Notes under the pieces: model-generated | What the model was told of the DNA's origin: nothing | What the model saw: the letters and a program-made list of their open reading frames with translations, nothing else | Database searches by the model: none | Part shown: piece after piece, positions 39,160 through 47,611 of the stretch | How the letters are laid out: each line of letters begins with the position of its first letter | How positions within the stretch are numbered: position 1 is the stretch's first letter | Program-made: the position numbers and the translations under genes | Origin: an uncultured Granulosicoccus sp. | GTDB taxonomy: Bacteria; Pseudomonadota; Gammaproteobacteria; Granulosicoccales; Granulosicoccaceae | NCBI GenBank assembly: GCA_938003775.1 | Contig: CALKXZ010000014.1 | Coordinates: 1 to 56,406 of the forward strand | Direction: 5' to 3' | DNA length: 56,406 nucleotides

Positions 39160-40240
39160 CCGTGAACTCCATTACCTGTGGATCGAACCTTTCTTTTACC
39201 TGCTCAGCCAGCAGCTTATGAGACAGCAGAACGTGATCTTCTAATGTATACACGTGTGGGTTTTCGAGATTTCGCAGAAATCTGCCCGTTCTGTCAGCTA
39301 TTTTTCTAGTTTTTTCGGGTGTCTCGTTCATGATTTTTGTCAGTTCTTCAAAGACACTGTAGGCATGGCTGAGTGAGTGGTTAAAGAGGGCAAAGTTAAT
39401 CTCGCTTTGCATAATACAGCAGGCAATTTCGCCCGGAGAATATTGTGCAGAGATTGCTTTCATATCCAGATCATCGCTCATGCTGACACCAGTGAAACCC
39501 AGTTTGTCTCGTAGAATATTCAGGTGAAATGCACGGGAAAGAGAAGATGGGTACTCTGGGTCTATTTCTGGATACAGGATATGGGCAAACATAGTGGATG
39601 ATATGCCCCGATTAACTGCATCGGCAAAGGGAGCAATATCGTGTTCGGTTAATTCCTGCTCACTTTTATTCAGTACGGGGAGTTGAAAATGTGAGTCATC
39701 AGTGGCGTCACCGTGTCCCGGGAAGTGCTTGATAGTGGCAACTACCTTCTGTTTTTCCAACGCCTGAATAAATCGTGTGGCATGGGTGTTCACCGCTTGA
39801 GGGGATGTACCAAACGCACGTGGACCGATAACGTCGCTACCCTTTTCGGCGTATATGTCCAGACTGGGTCCCAGCAACAAATTGATACCAAGCGAGCAGA
39901 GCTCTATACCAAAAGCGGTGCCTATCTGCGCTGAACAATCTTGCCAGTTAAGCGGGTAGGGAAATCGTGTGATGGGCGAGGGCGTTCTAACGACTCTTCC
40001 GCCTTCGTGGTCAATGGCCCAAATTAGTTGGTCGCGCCCTGTGGCTTGGCGTATGTCGTCTCTAAGATGCTGATAAGCCGCTATCCAGTCAGTGTAGCTT
40101 TCGTTGTTAAGAAACGCATTGCTGCCAAAATGGATACCGACGGGCTTGACCTCTTTTAAGAAGGACAGTGTTGTGGCACACAGCGTTGGGGTGTCGATTC
40201 GAACGATGAGAAAGTCACCAGGGCTACACAAACTTTGCAT
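39152..40240 (-). CDS. nagZ: Beta-N-acetylhexosaminidase (GH3, NagZ-like)
   Basis: AIDHEGGRV, KHFPGHG...DSH, SDDLDMKA. Confidence 0.88.
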   Translation of the reverse strand: MQSLCSPGDFLIVRIDTPTLCATTLSFLKEVKPVGIHFGSNAFLNNESYTDWIAAYQHLRDDIRQATGRDQLIWAIDHEGGRVVRTPSPITRFPYPLNWQDCSAQIGTAFGIELCSLGINLLLGPSLDIYAEKGSDVIGPRAFGTSPQAVNTHATRFIQALEKQKVVATIKHFPGHGDATDDSHFQLPVLNKSEQELTEHDIAPFADAVNRGISSTMFAHILYPEIDPEYPSSLSRAFHLNILRDKLGFTGVSMSDDLDMKAISAQYSPGEIACCIMQSEINFALFNHSLSHAYSVFEELTKIMNETPEKTRKIADRTGRFLRNLENPHVYTLEDHVLLSHKLLAEQVKERFDPQVMEFTGD

Positions 40241-40376
40241 GAAGTGTCTGTCCGTAAGAAGGAGGTCTATGGTATTTTCCGACGCTCAGTTGTGCGCAGG
40301 CTCCGTGCTTGTGGGCGGCCAGTGTTTGATCTTGCGATGCGCCTAGAATACCTTTTTGTAGAACACCCGTGCTGTT

Positions 40377-40829
40377 ATGAAAAACGACAATGAATTTACA
40401 CCTAAGGAGCTTTTCAACAGGTACCGTGATGAATTAACCTACGACAGTAATCATATAGTGCAAAGGACAGGCTGGTTCGTAACTGCACAGGCCTTTATGT
40501 TCTCAGCCGTTGTCATCGGCATCGAGAGATCCAGTGGTATTCCATGGCAAGTATGTAATAGCCTTCTTCATCCTGCCATACCGAGCCTTGGATTGTTTGT
40601 ATCTGTGTGTGTCTGGTTATCTGTGATCGGCAGCGTAATCAGTGCTGCGCGGTCTCGTCGAGCACTTCGAGTTCTGATTGTCAAGTATCCCAAGCTTGCC
40701 CATGCATTACCAAAGAGGGCCTGGTATGAGTTATGGATTGGGCTTGCCCCACCGCTCTTGTTTCCGGTAGTTTTTGGTATTACGTGGGCAGCCATGTTAG
40801 TACCGGTTCAATTTTTTCACTGCTCTTGA
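40377..40829 (+). CDS. Small 3-TM hypothetical membrane protein
   Basis: Amphipathic N-terminal helix, QRTGWFVTAQAFMFSA, three hydrophobic segments. Confidence 0.6.
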   Translation: MKNDNEFTPKELFNRYRDELTYDSNHIVQRTGWFVTAQAFMFSAVVIGIERSSGIPWQVCNSLLHPAIPSLGLFVSVCVWLSVIGSVISAARSRRALRVLIVKYPKLAHALPKRAWYELWIGLAPPLLFPVVFGITWAAMLVPVQFFHCS

Positions 40830-40934
40830 TGCCTGTGCACCGATGAAAAACGTACGCTCTGCTAAAAATTTGGCGCATAATACTGACTTCTGTTGATTTA
40901 ACCAATAGTCTCGTATCGTATTTTTAGTACGAGC

Positions 40935-41768
40935 TTAAAGAAATAATCGTTTGACCGATGATACTGGCCCAGCGCGTTTAATAACCTGCTCTAGGGGTTC
41001 AATGACGCAACACAGTGAATGTGCGGTAGCGTGCAGCACATCAACAGGCGATACAAGTATACCGGTGTGACCTGGCCAGTAAACCAGGTCGAGTGCTTGT
41101 TGAGCATCATTTTCAACCGTGGCACGCAGCGATCGTTCCTGATCAAAGCTATCACGCGGAATTGACAATCCTTGGGAGCGTGCAAGCTGCTGTATTAAAC
41201 CTGAGCAATCGGCTCCTTCAGGTGTTCTGCCACCCCAGCGGTAAGGGCAACCTAAAAAATGTGAACGGGCAATGTGCAATGGGTCTGCGGGGTGTCGCTC
41301 ATGGGTTGGCAGGCAGTGACTACTCCAGATATAGTGATTGCAGGCCGTGCGGCTGAACGAGGAATTGACGGTTTCGGTCAGCGTGAGTGCTGCACCGAAT
41401 GGAATACGATGTTTAACCAGACTTTTTAATGCTGGCTGATCAAATAATAAAGTACTGCGATGATGTACCCAGTGCGTTGATTGTCGTAACAACGAAGAGA
41501 CGTTAGCTAGTACCTGTAGGTCTGCAATGTTGACAAAACCTTCATAGCCATCATGAACTTGGCAAATTCTAAGCATCGCACCATGTCTGTCCAGCTTTGT
41601 GACGTGTTCGCCGTACAGCGCTTCACTGATGCACTCTGCATCAGGGCGAGGTTCTGCCAAGATGGCGGTAACCGGTACACTTACACGATAATCAGCAGAC
41701 GTATTCACGAATAAACGACATGGCGTTTGAGACCAAGACAGATGCCACAGATTAGCATGATGTCGCAC
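40935..41768 (-). CDS. NlpC/P60 (C40) peptidase with SH3-like N-terminus
   Basis: SEALYGE, DGYEGFV, GCPYRWGGRTPEGADCSGL, IPRDS, YWPGHTG, LHA. Confidence 0.88.
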   Translation of the reverse strand: MRHHANLWHLSWSQTPCRLFVNTSADYRVSVPVTAILAEPRPDAECISEALYGEHVTKLDRHGAMLRICQVHDGYEGFVNIADLQVLANVSSLLRQSTHWVHHRSTLLFDQPALKSLVKHRIPFGAALTLTETVNSSFSRTACNHYIWSSHCLPTHERHPADPLHIARSHFLGCPYRWGGRTPEGADCSGLIQQLARSQGLSIPRDSFDQERSLRATVENDAQQALDLVYWPGHTGILVSPVDVLHATAHSLCCVIEPLEQVIKRAGPVSSVKRLFL

Positions 41769-41826
41769 CGGAGATTCGCTAGCAGCATTTTTTGAGTATG
41801 GCTCCGGCGGAGATACGAATCTATGC

Positions 41827-41852
41827 GTTGTACAAACAACATGGTGTACAAC
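41827..41852. promoter_or_regulatory. Inverted repeat in the NlpC/SRAP divergent region
   Basis: GTTGTACA-N10-TGTACAAC. Confidence 0.35.
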
Positions 41853-42206
41853 AGTAGACTTATTTGGTTGCTGAGTATGTCGCTTCAGGGCCGTTAACTA
41901 TTCTCTCTCTGATCATATTGGGTATTCTCTGGGGTATTGCATTGCCGCTGGCCAGTTTTACCCTCAGTGCTTCTCATCATCGGCTGGGTATCCTTGATTT
42001 TGGTAATTGTTCATCAGTGCCTGTTTGTTGGGAATTGTGATTGTTTAGCGGGGTAATTACGTCGAGTGGAGTAGGCCATCTATTACCTAATCATTGCTTT
42101 TCGGAACATTAATACCCACTAGGCGTGAATGTCTAGCCTGAGTGGCTTTGCTCAACCGGAGCAGTGTTGTAGAGTCGAATAAACAGTAGCAACAGACGAG
42201 TTCACT

Positions 42207-42875
42207 ATGTGCGGTCGAATCAATGTATCTGACAATGAAGGCATTCGATTATTGCTGGAAGCGATGGGTATGCATACGTGGCCATCGCGTGAGCCACGCT
42301 TTAATATTGTTCCGTCACAAACGCTCGATGTTGTGCAGCTGCAAGAAGAGCTGAAACTGGCGCCGATGCATTGGGGAGTTACGATGAATCCACCCGGTAA
42401 GCATGGAATGGTCAAAAAGAGTGTTAAAAATGCGCGTGACGATAAACTGTGGTCATCGCGTTTGTGGAAACCGATGATTGAGTCTGGGCGAGTGCTAATA
42501 CCGGTAAATGGGTTCTATGAATGGAAACGGCAGAACCGTAAGATGGTGGCCGCGTATCACATAGCCCCAGCAGGTTCCAATGCAATGTTTCTGGCTGGCC
42601 TGTACAAACAGTCCACTGCCGAACCAGGTCTTAACGAGCTAGTCGTGGTTACAACCATGGCGAATAGAACAATGAGTCAGGTGCATGATCGTATGCCGGT
42701 TATTTTTGTCTCTGCTAACGAAGCTATGGCATGGCTTCAGGAGTCGGATAACACGTCTCTGCTACCACTCATACAGCCTGTGGCCGATGATGTGTTACGA
42801 ATTACAGAAGTCGATGGTTATGTCAACAAGAGCACCAATCAGGGACCTCGTTGTGTGGCGCCGAAGGTTGCGTAG
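42207..42875 (+). CDS. SOS response-associated peptidase (SRAP/YedK family)
   Basis: N-terminal MCGR, NAR, GFYEW, HDRMPV. Confidence 0.93.
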   Translation: MCGRINVSDNEGIRLLLEAMGMHTWPSREPRFNIVPSQTLDVVQLQEELKLAPMHWGVTMNPPGKHGMVKKSVKNARDDKLWSSRLWKPMIESGRVLIPVNGFYEWKRQNRKMVAAYHIAPAGSNAMFLAGLYKQSTAEPGLNELVVVTTMANRTMSQVHDRMPVIFVSANEAMAWLQESDNTSLLPLIQPVADDVLRITEVDGYVNKSTNQGPRCVAPKVA

Positions 42876-42939
42876 CCTGAACTATGCGTGGTAGGTCTAT
42901 CCCTTTCAATGGAAATTTAATGTTCTGAGTGCTGGCTGT

Positions 42940-44022
42940 TTATGACTTTTTGTACTGACGAATAGTGCGATAGCACCATGCTATCAGACGACTGCGCCAT
43001 AGAGTCAGCGACACTGTTGTACACCGTTGGTTGGCGTAGGACGATTTGTATTCGTAATTTCCCTTGAGCAAATCCATGCCGGTTACGCCCTGCTTAATGG
43101 ATGCATCGATCAAATGTGTCATTAATAAATGTCCGGGGCTCAGATGCTCAAAGGATGGATCAAAGCCAGTCTGGAAAAAATTAAGGATACCGTCCACTGC
43201 GAACGCGTATTCTATCGCAATGATCTGATCATCTAACGTCAAGGATAGTAGTCTTAACTCGCCGCGCTGCAGTAACTGAAGCATAAGCTCACGATGAAAA
43301 TTGATATAGGTGAGCGAATTAAAACTACCCGTATCGTTCTTGCTATTGCGTCTTGAATGATGCAGTTTTATCAATCTATCTAGTGTTGAATGGACCTCAT
43401 CTGGCGTCTGGCATAGATAAAATTTAGCCAGCCCAGCCTTGTCCAGATTGCGTTGTCGCCGCTTCCAGTGTTTTCGCGTATTGCGGCTTAGTTGCTTCAT
43501 ATAATCAACGGTTGATCCGGGCAGAGTGGCGGTCAGCCGTGACTCATTGACCAACTGTACTTCAGGTAGTTCTTTGCTATGCGCCATCGTTAAAAACTCG
43601 TGCAGAAAGGCTGAACCCTCAGGTAAATCCTTCAACTCGTAGCGTTTGATCTCGGTCATTTGTGTTAGATGTGTACATAACTCTTTCACCACGGCTTGTT
43701 GGTTTGAGTCGTCTAGGAGCACATCAAGATCGTCGGGAGAGGTATCCCCGCCGCTGCCAATAAAGCGTAGGGTTTTGACTGAGTGAAACCTTAATGCGGT
43801 AGTTGTGGTCACATAGAACGGAGCGATGGCTCTGACGATGTTGTCGTCGAGTACCGTCAGAATATGTAGGTCACCCAGGTGAGCGTAGTATTGCCACCAC
43901 AACCTGTTCCAATGCCAACTATTGAATAGTCCTTTGTAGCGTGGTTGCGCAGTAAGACGCTGCCAGTCCGATTGCAGAGCATCGAAGGTATTGTTGGACG
44001 TAATAGGTACAATTTTGAGCAA
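42940..44022 (-). CDS. GNAT family acyltransferase (CelD/BcsL-like)
   Basis: LFNSWHWNRLWW, LSRNTRKHWKRRQRNL, QTGFDPSFEHLSPGHLL, DLLKGNYEYK. Confidence 0.85.
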   Translation of the reverse strand: MLKIVPITSNNTFDALQSDWQRLTAQPRYKGLFNSWHWNRLWWQYYAHLGDLHILTVLDDNIVRAIAPFYVTTTTALRFHSVKTLRFIGSGGDTSPDDLDVLLDDSNQQAVVKELCTHLTQMTEIKRYELKDLPEGSAFLHEFLTMAHSKELPEVQLVNESRLTATLPGSTVDYMKQLSRNTRKHWKRRQRNLDKAGLAKFYLCQTPDEVHSTLDRLIKLHHSRRNSKNDTGSFNSLTYINFHRELMLQLLQRGELRLLSLTLDDQIIAIEYAFAVDGILNFFQTGFDPSFEHLSPGHLLMTHLIDASIKQGVTGMDLLKGNYEYKSSYANQRCTTVSLTLWRSRLIAWCYRTIRQYKKS

Positions 44023-44085
44023 GAGTGTGCTTAGCTCAGTTGGGAAGAAGGTATTGATGTTTTCATGAATGGTCCAATATAGGCT

Positions 44086-44853
44086 ATGGAATTACTGATT
44101 GACTGGCTCATGCAACCTTTGGGGATGGTCTCTCTGGGTTTATTATTGACAATTGTTCTGTGGCTGTGTGGACCGTCATGGACGCGGTGGTCTGGTGGTT
44201 GTCTGATCTTGTCATGTTGTATGTTGTGGGTGTTCAGTGCACCGGTAACCGCCAACGCGCTGGTTAGGTTGATGGAGTCACCTCCACCCAATAATACATC
44301 GGCTTGTGGTTCAGTAGCGGCTGATGTACCCGTGATCATACTTGGTGCATCGCTAGACGCGTACACGCGCAGTAATAATCCCTACGAAGTCTTATCGCAC
44401 GATTCGCTGATTCGAACACTTAGGGCGGTCGATCTGGACAGCGGACAGACTATTTTTTATGTGCTGGGGGGCGGATCGACCTCGCGAAAATTGTCAGATT
44501 TCATGGCACAAGTGTTACAAGACGGTGGCATTCCAGAGCAGCGTATTGTTAAGGAGTCGGACAGTTTGTCAACGCTTGAAAACGCGATAAATCTAACTCA
44601 GTTGTTGCCAGAGGCGCGGGCATACCCCATTGTGCTGGTTACCTCGGCCCTACATTTGAAGCGTGCTCAGGGTACTTTCGAGGCCCAAGGATTTAACGTT
44701 GAATGCGCCGTAGGAGTCGCGTCCTTGTACTCCGTGTCAGCCGGTTGGGTTGGTTATTTACCGCACATTGATAGCTTGCATAAAAGCACCTTGGCCTGGC
44801 GCGAATGGCTAGCCACGCAGCTCTATTACTGGCGTGGTTACAGCGTTCGTTAG
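44086..44853 (+). CDS. YdcF/DUF218 (ElyC-like) family protein
   Basis: N-terminal TMs, IILG, ESDSLSTLENA, LVTSALHLKRA, REWLA. Confidence 0.88.
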   Translation: MELLIDWLMQPLGMVSLGLLLTIVLWLCGPSWTRWSGGCLILSCCMLWVFSAPVTANALVRLMESPPPNNTSACGSVAADVPVIILGASLDAYTRSNNPYEVLSHDSLIRTLRAVDLDSGQTIFYVLGGGSTSRKLSDFMAQVLQDGGIPEQRIVKESDSLSTLENAINLTQLLPEARAYPIVLVTSALHLKRAQGTFEAQGFNVECAVGVASLYSVSAGWVGYLPHIDSLHKSTLAWREWLATQLYYWRGYSVR

Positions 44854-44865
44854 CCTTGCGTAGTG

Positions 44866-45846
44866 CTAACTATCTGTCGTTGCATGAGTTGAGAACGAGG
44901 CGTGCCGTCGCTCATCGAGTTTGCGAATACCGGTGGGCGATTCAGGGTCGATCTGTAGATCGGTGACATAGCTAGCTGAGCGATCTTGCCGGTGAAAAGG
45001 CCGAATCTTATTCACAGCGCGGTAGGTGAATCGTTTCAGTGCTGGTACTGCCCCTGTTTCCTCCATGCTGCGCGATTTCATACCCAGTCCGCGCAGCACG
45101 AAGCGGTTGGCGAGCTGCACATATTGTCTTTGATATATCAGTGGTGTGTAGTAGCTCGTAGCCAGCGATACGTTCATGTCTAAATTAACAATGCGGTGTG
45201 GGCCATTGTGTGGCCATGAAGCAACGTCTCCGGGTGATAGCAGGAACTGCTCAGCCCGCTCATCAAAGGCCGGATCAAACGGCAAATTCTCATCAATCTC
45301 ACCGGCATAGATATCTTCGAGATATTCTTGCGGAACGAACTGCGTATCCATGGCTGGGTACACCCAGATTCGCTTCTGTCCACGCATATGCCACAACATG
45401 TTTGGTTCTGCGTCTAGGTGATAGTAGACCTGAGCACCCGGGGAACTGATCAGCAACGTGCTGTAGTGAGCGCTGGGATTCTGCAAATGGGGACAGTGTT
45501 TACCCAGATGGTCGTACATGCCGGTTATCAGTTCGGCAAAGTCGTCACTGAATTGTTCAACATGGGTAACATTGAGCCAGAGCCTGCCGCGTTCGACGGC
45601 TTGCCATAGTTGTTCGCCCGTGCTCTCCGGGGCAATGTCAACACACGACCAATCCTCGCTCTTACACGGATCGCTGCCCATCGTGAAGGCTTGCAACCAT
45701 TTTCGGGGGTAATTGTCCAGTAATTCAATCAGTTCAGGTTTGTCAAATAGGCTGCGTTCGTGGTAAGTGTGCCGGCTGACCTTAGGAACTAGGCCGAATT
45801 CGTCATAGTCAGCCTGTGACCAGGCCATAGGGGAGGCGGTGTTCAT
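44866..45846 (-). CDS. JmjC/cupin-like 2OG-Fe(II) oxygenase-type protein
   Basis: LLISSPGAQVYYHLD...GQKRIWVYP...PGD...PHRIVN (HxD...H triad). Confidence 0.8.
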   Translation of the reverse strand: MNTASPMAWSQADYDEFGLVPKVSRHTYHERSLFDKPELIELLDNYPRKWLQAFTMGSDPCKSEDWSCVDIAPESTGEQLWQAVERGRLWLNVTHVEQFSDDFAELITGMYDHLGKHCPHLQNPSAHYSTLLISSPGAQVYYHLDAEPNMLWHMRGQKRIWVYPAMDTQFVPQEYLEDIYAGEIDENLPFDPAFDERAEQFLLSPGDVASWPHNGPHRIVNLDMNVSLATSYYTPLIYQRQYVQLANRFVLRGLGMKSRSMEETGAVPALKRFTYRAVNKIRPFHRQDRSASYVTDLQIDPESPTGIRKLDERRHASFSTHATTDS

Positions 45847-46046
45847 GAGTTTCGAGCGCTCAGCAATAGGTCAATGAGTGAAATATTAGCAGTGATTGCC
45901 TTTGCTTTTCAGTAAATCAGACGGTAGAGTGACCTAATAAGGATGCGCTTTTTTGTGTTTGTGTACGGCGGCACGGTCGCAGCAAATTAGCGGGTACCCT
46001 TGAAACAATTGTCGCGAACTGGGTCGCGTAACGGAATAGATTTTTC

Positions 46047-46712
46047 ATGAAACCCTTGGTCGTGCTCAACAAGTTGCTGAATGTTGTTTGTCACGCTGAC
46101 ATCACCCGCGTGCTAAGGCTCAATACCCAAGATTTTGTGCCCAATGCAACCGAGCAAGACGTGCGTTGCGAGATCCTGGACACGGTTGCGGTGAATCAGC
46201 TTGTGCACAACAGTAATGCACCGATAGATCAAGCATTTGCGGACGATTTTCGTCGGCATAATTTCTTGGGCGTGGCGGTCTACTGTGCCGATGAGCTTGC
46301 AGGCCTGAGTTTTTTTGCCGCTGGCACCGTTTTGGCGCGGCATAACAGCGGCGGCAAGCAGTTCACGGGTATTGGGCTGAAACTACCAGAGGGTACTCGT
46401 TACCAGTTCAAGGTCAGTGTGTTACCACAGTATCGCGGTAGACGTCTGCACACAGCCATGAATGCAGCAGCCATTAAGCACTGGGGAACAGATATTGTTC
46501 ATACGGTCATTACCACAACCGATTGGAACAACGAGCCGTTTCTGAACAGCGCTCGGCGGCAGGGTTTCGTTCGTTATGGCATGGCTACTGAATTTATCGT
46601 CGCTGGAAAACACATCTACACATTACCCGCGCACTATGAACCCAGAGCCGATCGGCTACATAAGCGTGACCGAGCTATGAGTAACCTGGTCCGTTTCGTT
46701 GCAGAAAGCTGA
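46047..46712 (+). CDS. GNAT family N-acetyltransferase
   Basis: VLPQYRGRRL acetyl-CoA motif; NEPFLNSARRQGF. Confidence 0.7.
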   Translation: MKPLVVLNKLLNVVCHADITRVLRLNTQDFVPNATEQDVRCEILDTVAVNQLVHNSNAPIDQAFADDFRRHNFLGVAVYCADELAGLSFFAAGTVLARHNSGGKQFTGIGLKLPEGTRYQFKVSVLPQYRGRRLHTAMNAAAIKHWGTDIVHTVITTTDWNNEPFLNSARRQGFVRYGMATEFIVAGKHIYTLPAHYEPRADRLHKRDRAMSNLVRFVAES

Positions 46713-46721
46713 CTAGTGTTT

Positions 46722-47609
46722 TTATTGGTGGCTACGTTTATCTCGCTGCAACGTGTATAAACCCGCAGCGATGATAATAGCGGCACCGATCCAAGTGTAG
46801 CGATCGGGTAACTGGTTAAATACCAGATAACCGTACGCAGTGCCCCATAGGATGAGCGTGTAGTGTACCGGGGCAACCACGGCCGCTTCTGCGACTTCTA
46901 AAGCTTTAATAACGAATATCTCACCAAACCCCGCTAACGTAGCCAGTGACAATAAAAGCCACCATTGTGTTGCGCTTTCAGGCAACTGCCAAAAAAAGGG
47001 CAGTGGGAACGAGATGATAAATGTGGCCGTTAGTGCGGTGTAGGTAATGGTAGTAACAGTAGTGTCTGTATCGGCCAATATCCGGCCGATAACCTGACGT
47101 GCAGCATAAAATCCTGCGGCGACAACCACTAGCATTACGGCGGGATGGATAACACCAAGGCCGGGACGGATGACAATCAGGGCACCAATAAAACCAATGA
47201 ATACCGCACTCCAGCGGCGAATACCTACTTTTTCTTTGAGCAAGAACACACCCAGTATCGTGAGGAAAAAGGGTGCGACAAAGCTTGCGGCGACCGCATC
47301 AACCAGAGGCGTATAGCGTATTGCATAGACAAACAGTATGCTCGAGCAGACAACCAAAGCACCGCGGAGCAGCTGTAACCTTGGCTGACGAGTAGAAAGC
47401 ACGCTTTTGCCGTACAAGGTCAGAAGAATCAGGACACCAAACGCCAAGCCAAGCTGCCTGAACCAAATAATTTGGACGGGATGAAACGATGCCGTTAGAA
47501 CCTTGGCAAGCATATCGGCGGCGGCGAATAGAAACATGCCAACGAGCATGTATAAAATACCCAATCGACTGTGAGTGCTTCGAACGACAGTGGTCGCGTT
47601 CGCCTCCAA
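46722..47609 (-). CDS. DMT/EamA family transporter
   Basis: About 10 TMs; LKEKVGIRRW, GALIVIRPG. Confidence 0.9.
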   Translation of the reverse strand: MEANATTVVRSTHSRLGILYMLVGMFLFAAADMLAKVLTASFHPVQIIWFRQLGLAFGVLILLTLYGKSVLSTRQPRLQLLRGALVVCSSILFVYAIRYTPLVDAVAASFVAPFFLTILGVFLLKEKVGIRRWSAVFIGFIGALIVIRPGLGVIHPAVMLVVVAAGFYAARQVIGRILADTDTTVTTITYTALTATFIISFPLPFFWQLPESATQWWLLLSLATLAGFGEIFVIKALEVAEAAVVAPVHYTLILWGTAYGYLVFNQLPDRYTWIGAAIIIAAGLYTLQRDKRSHQ

Positions 47610-47611
47610 TG

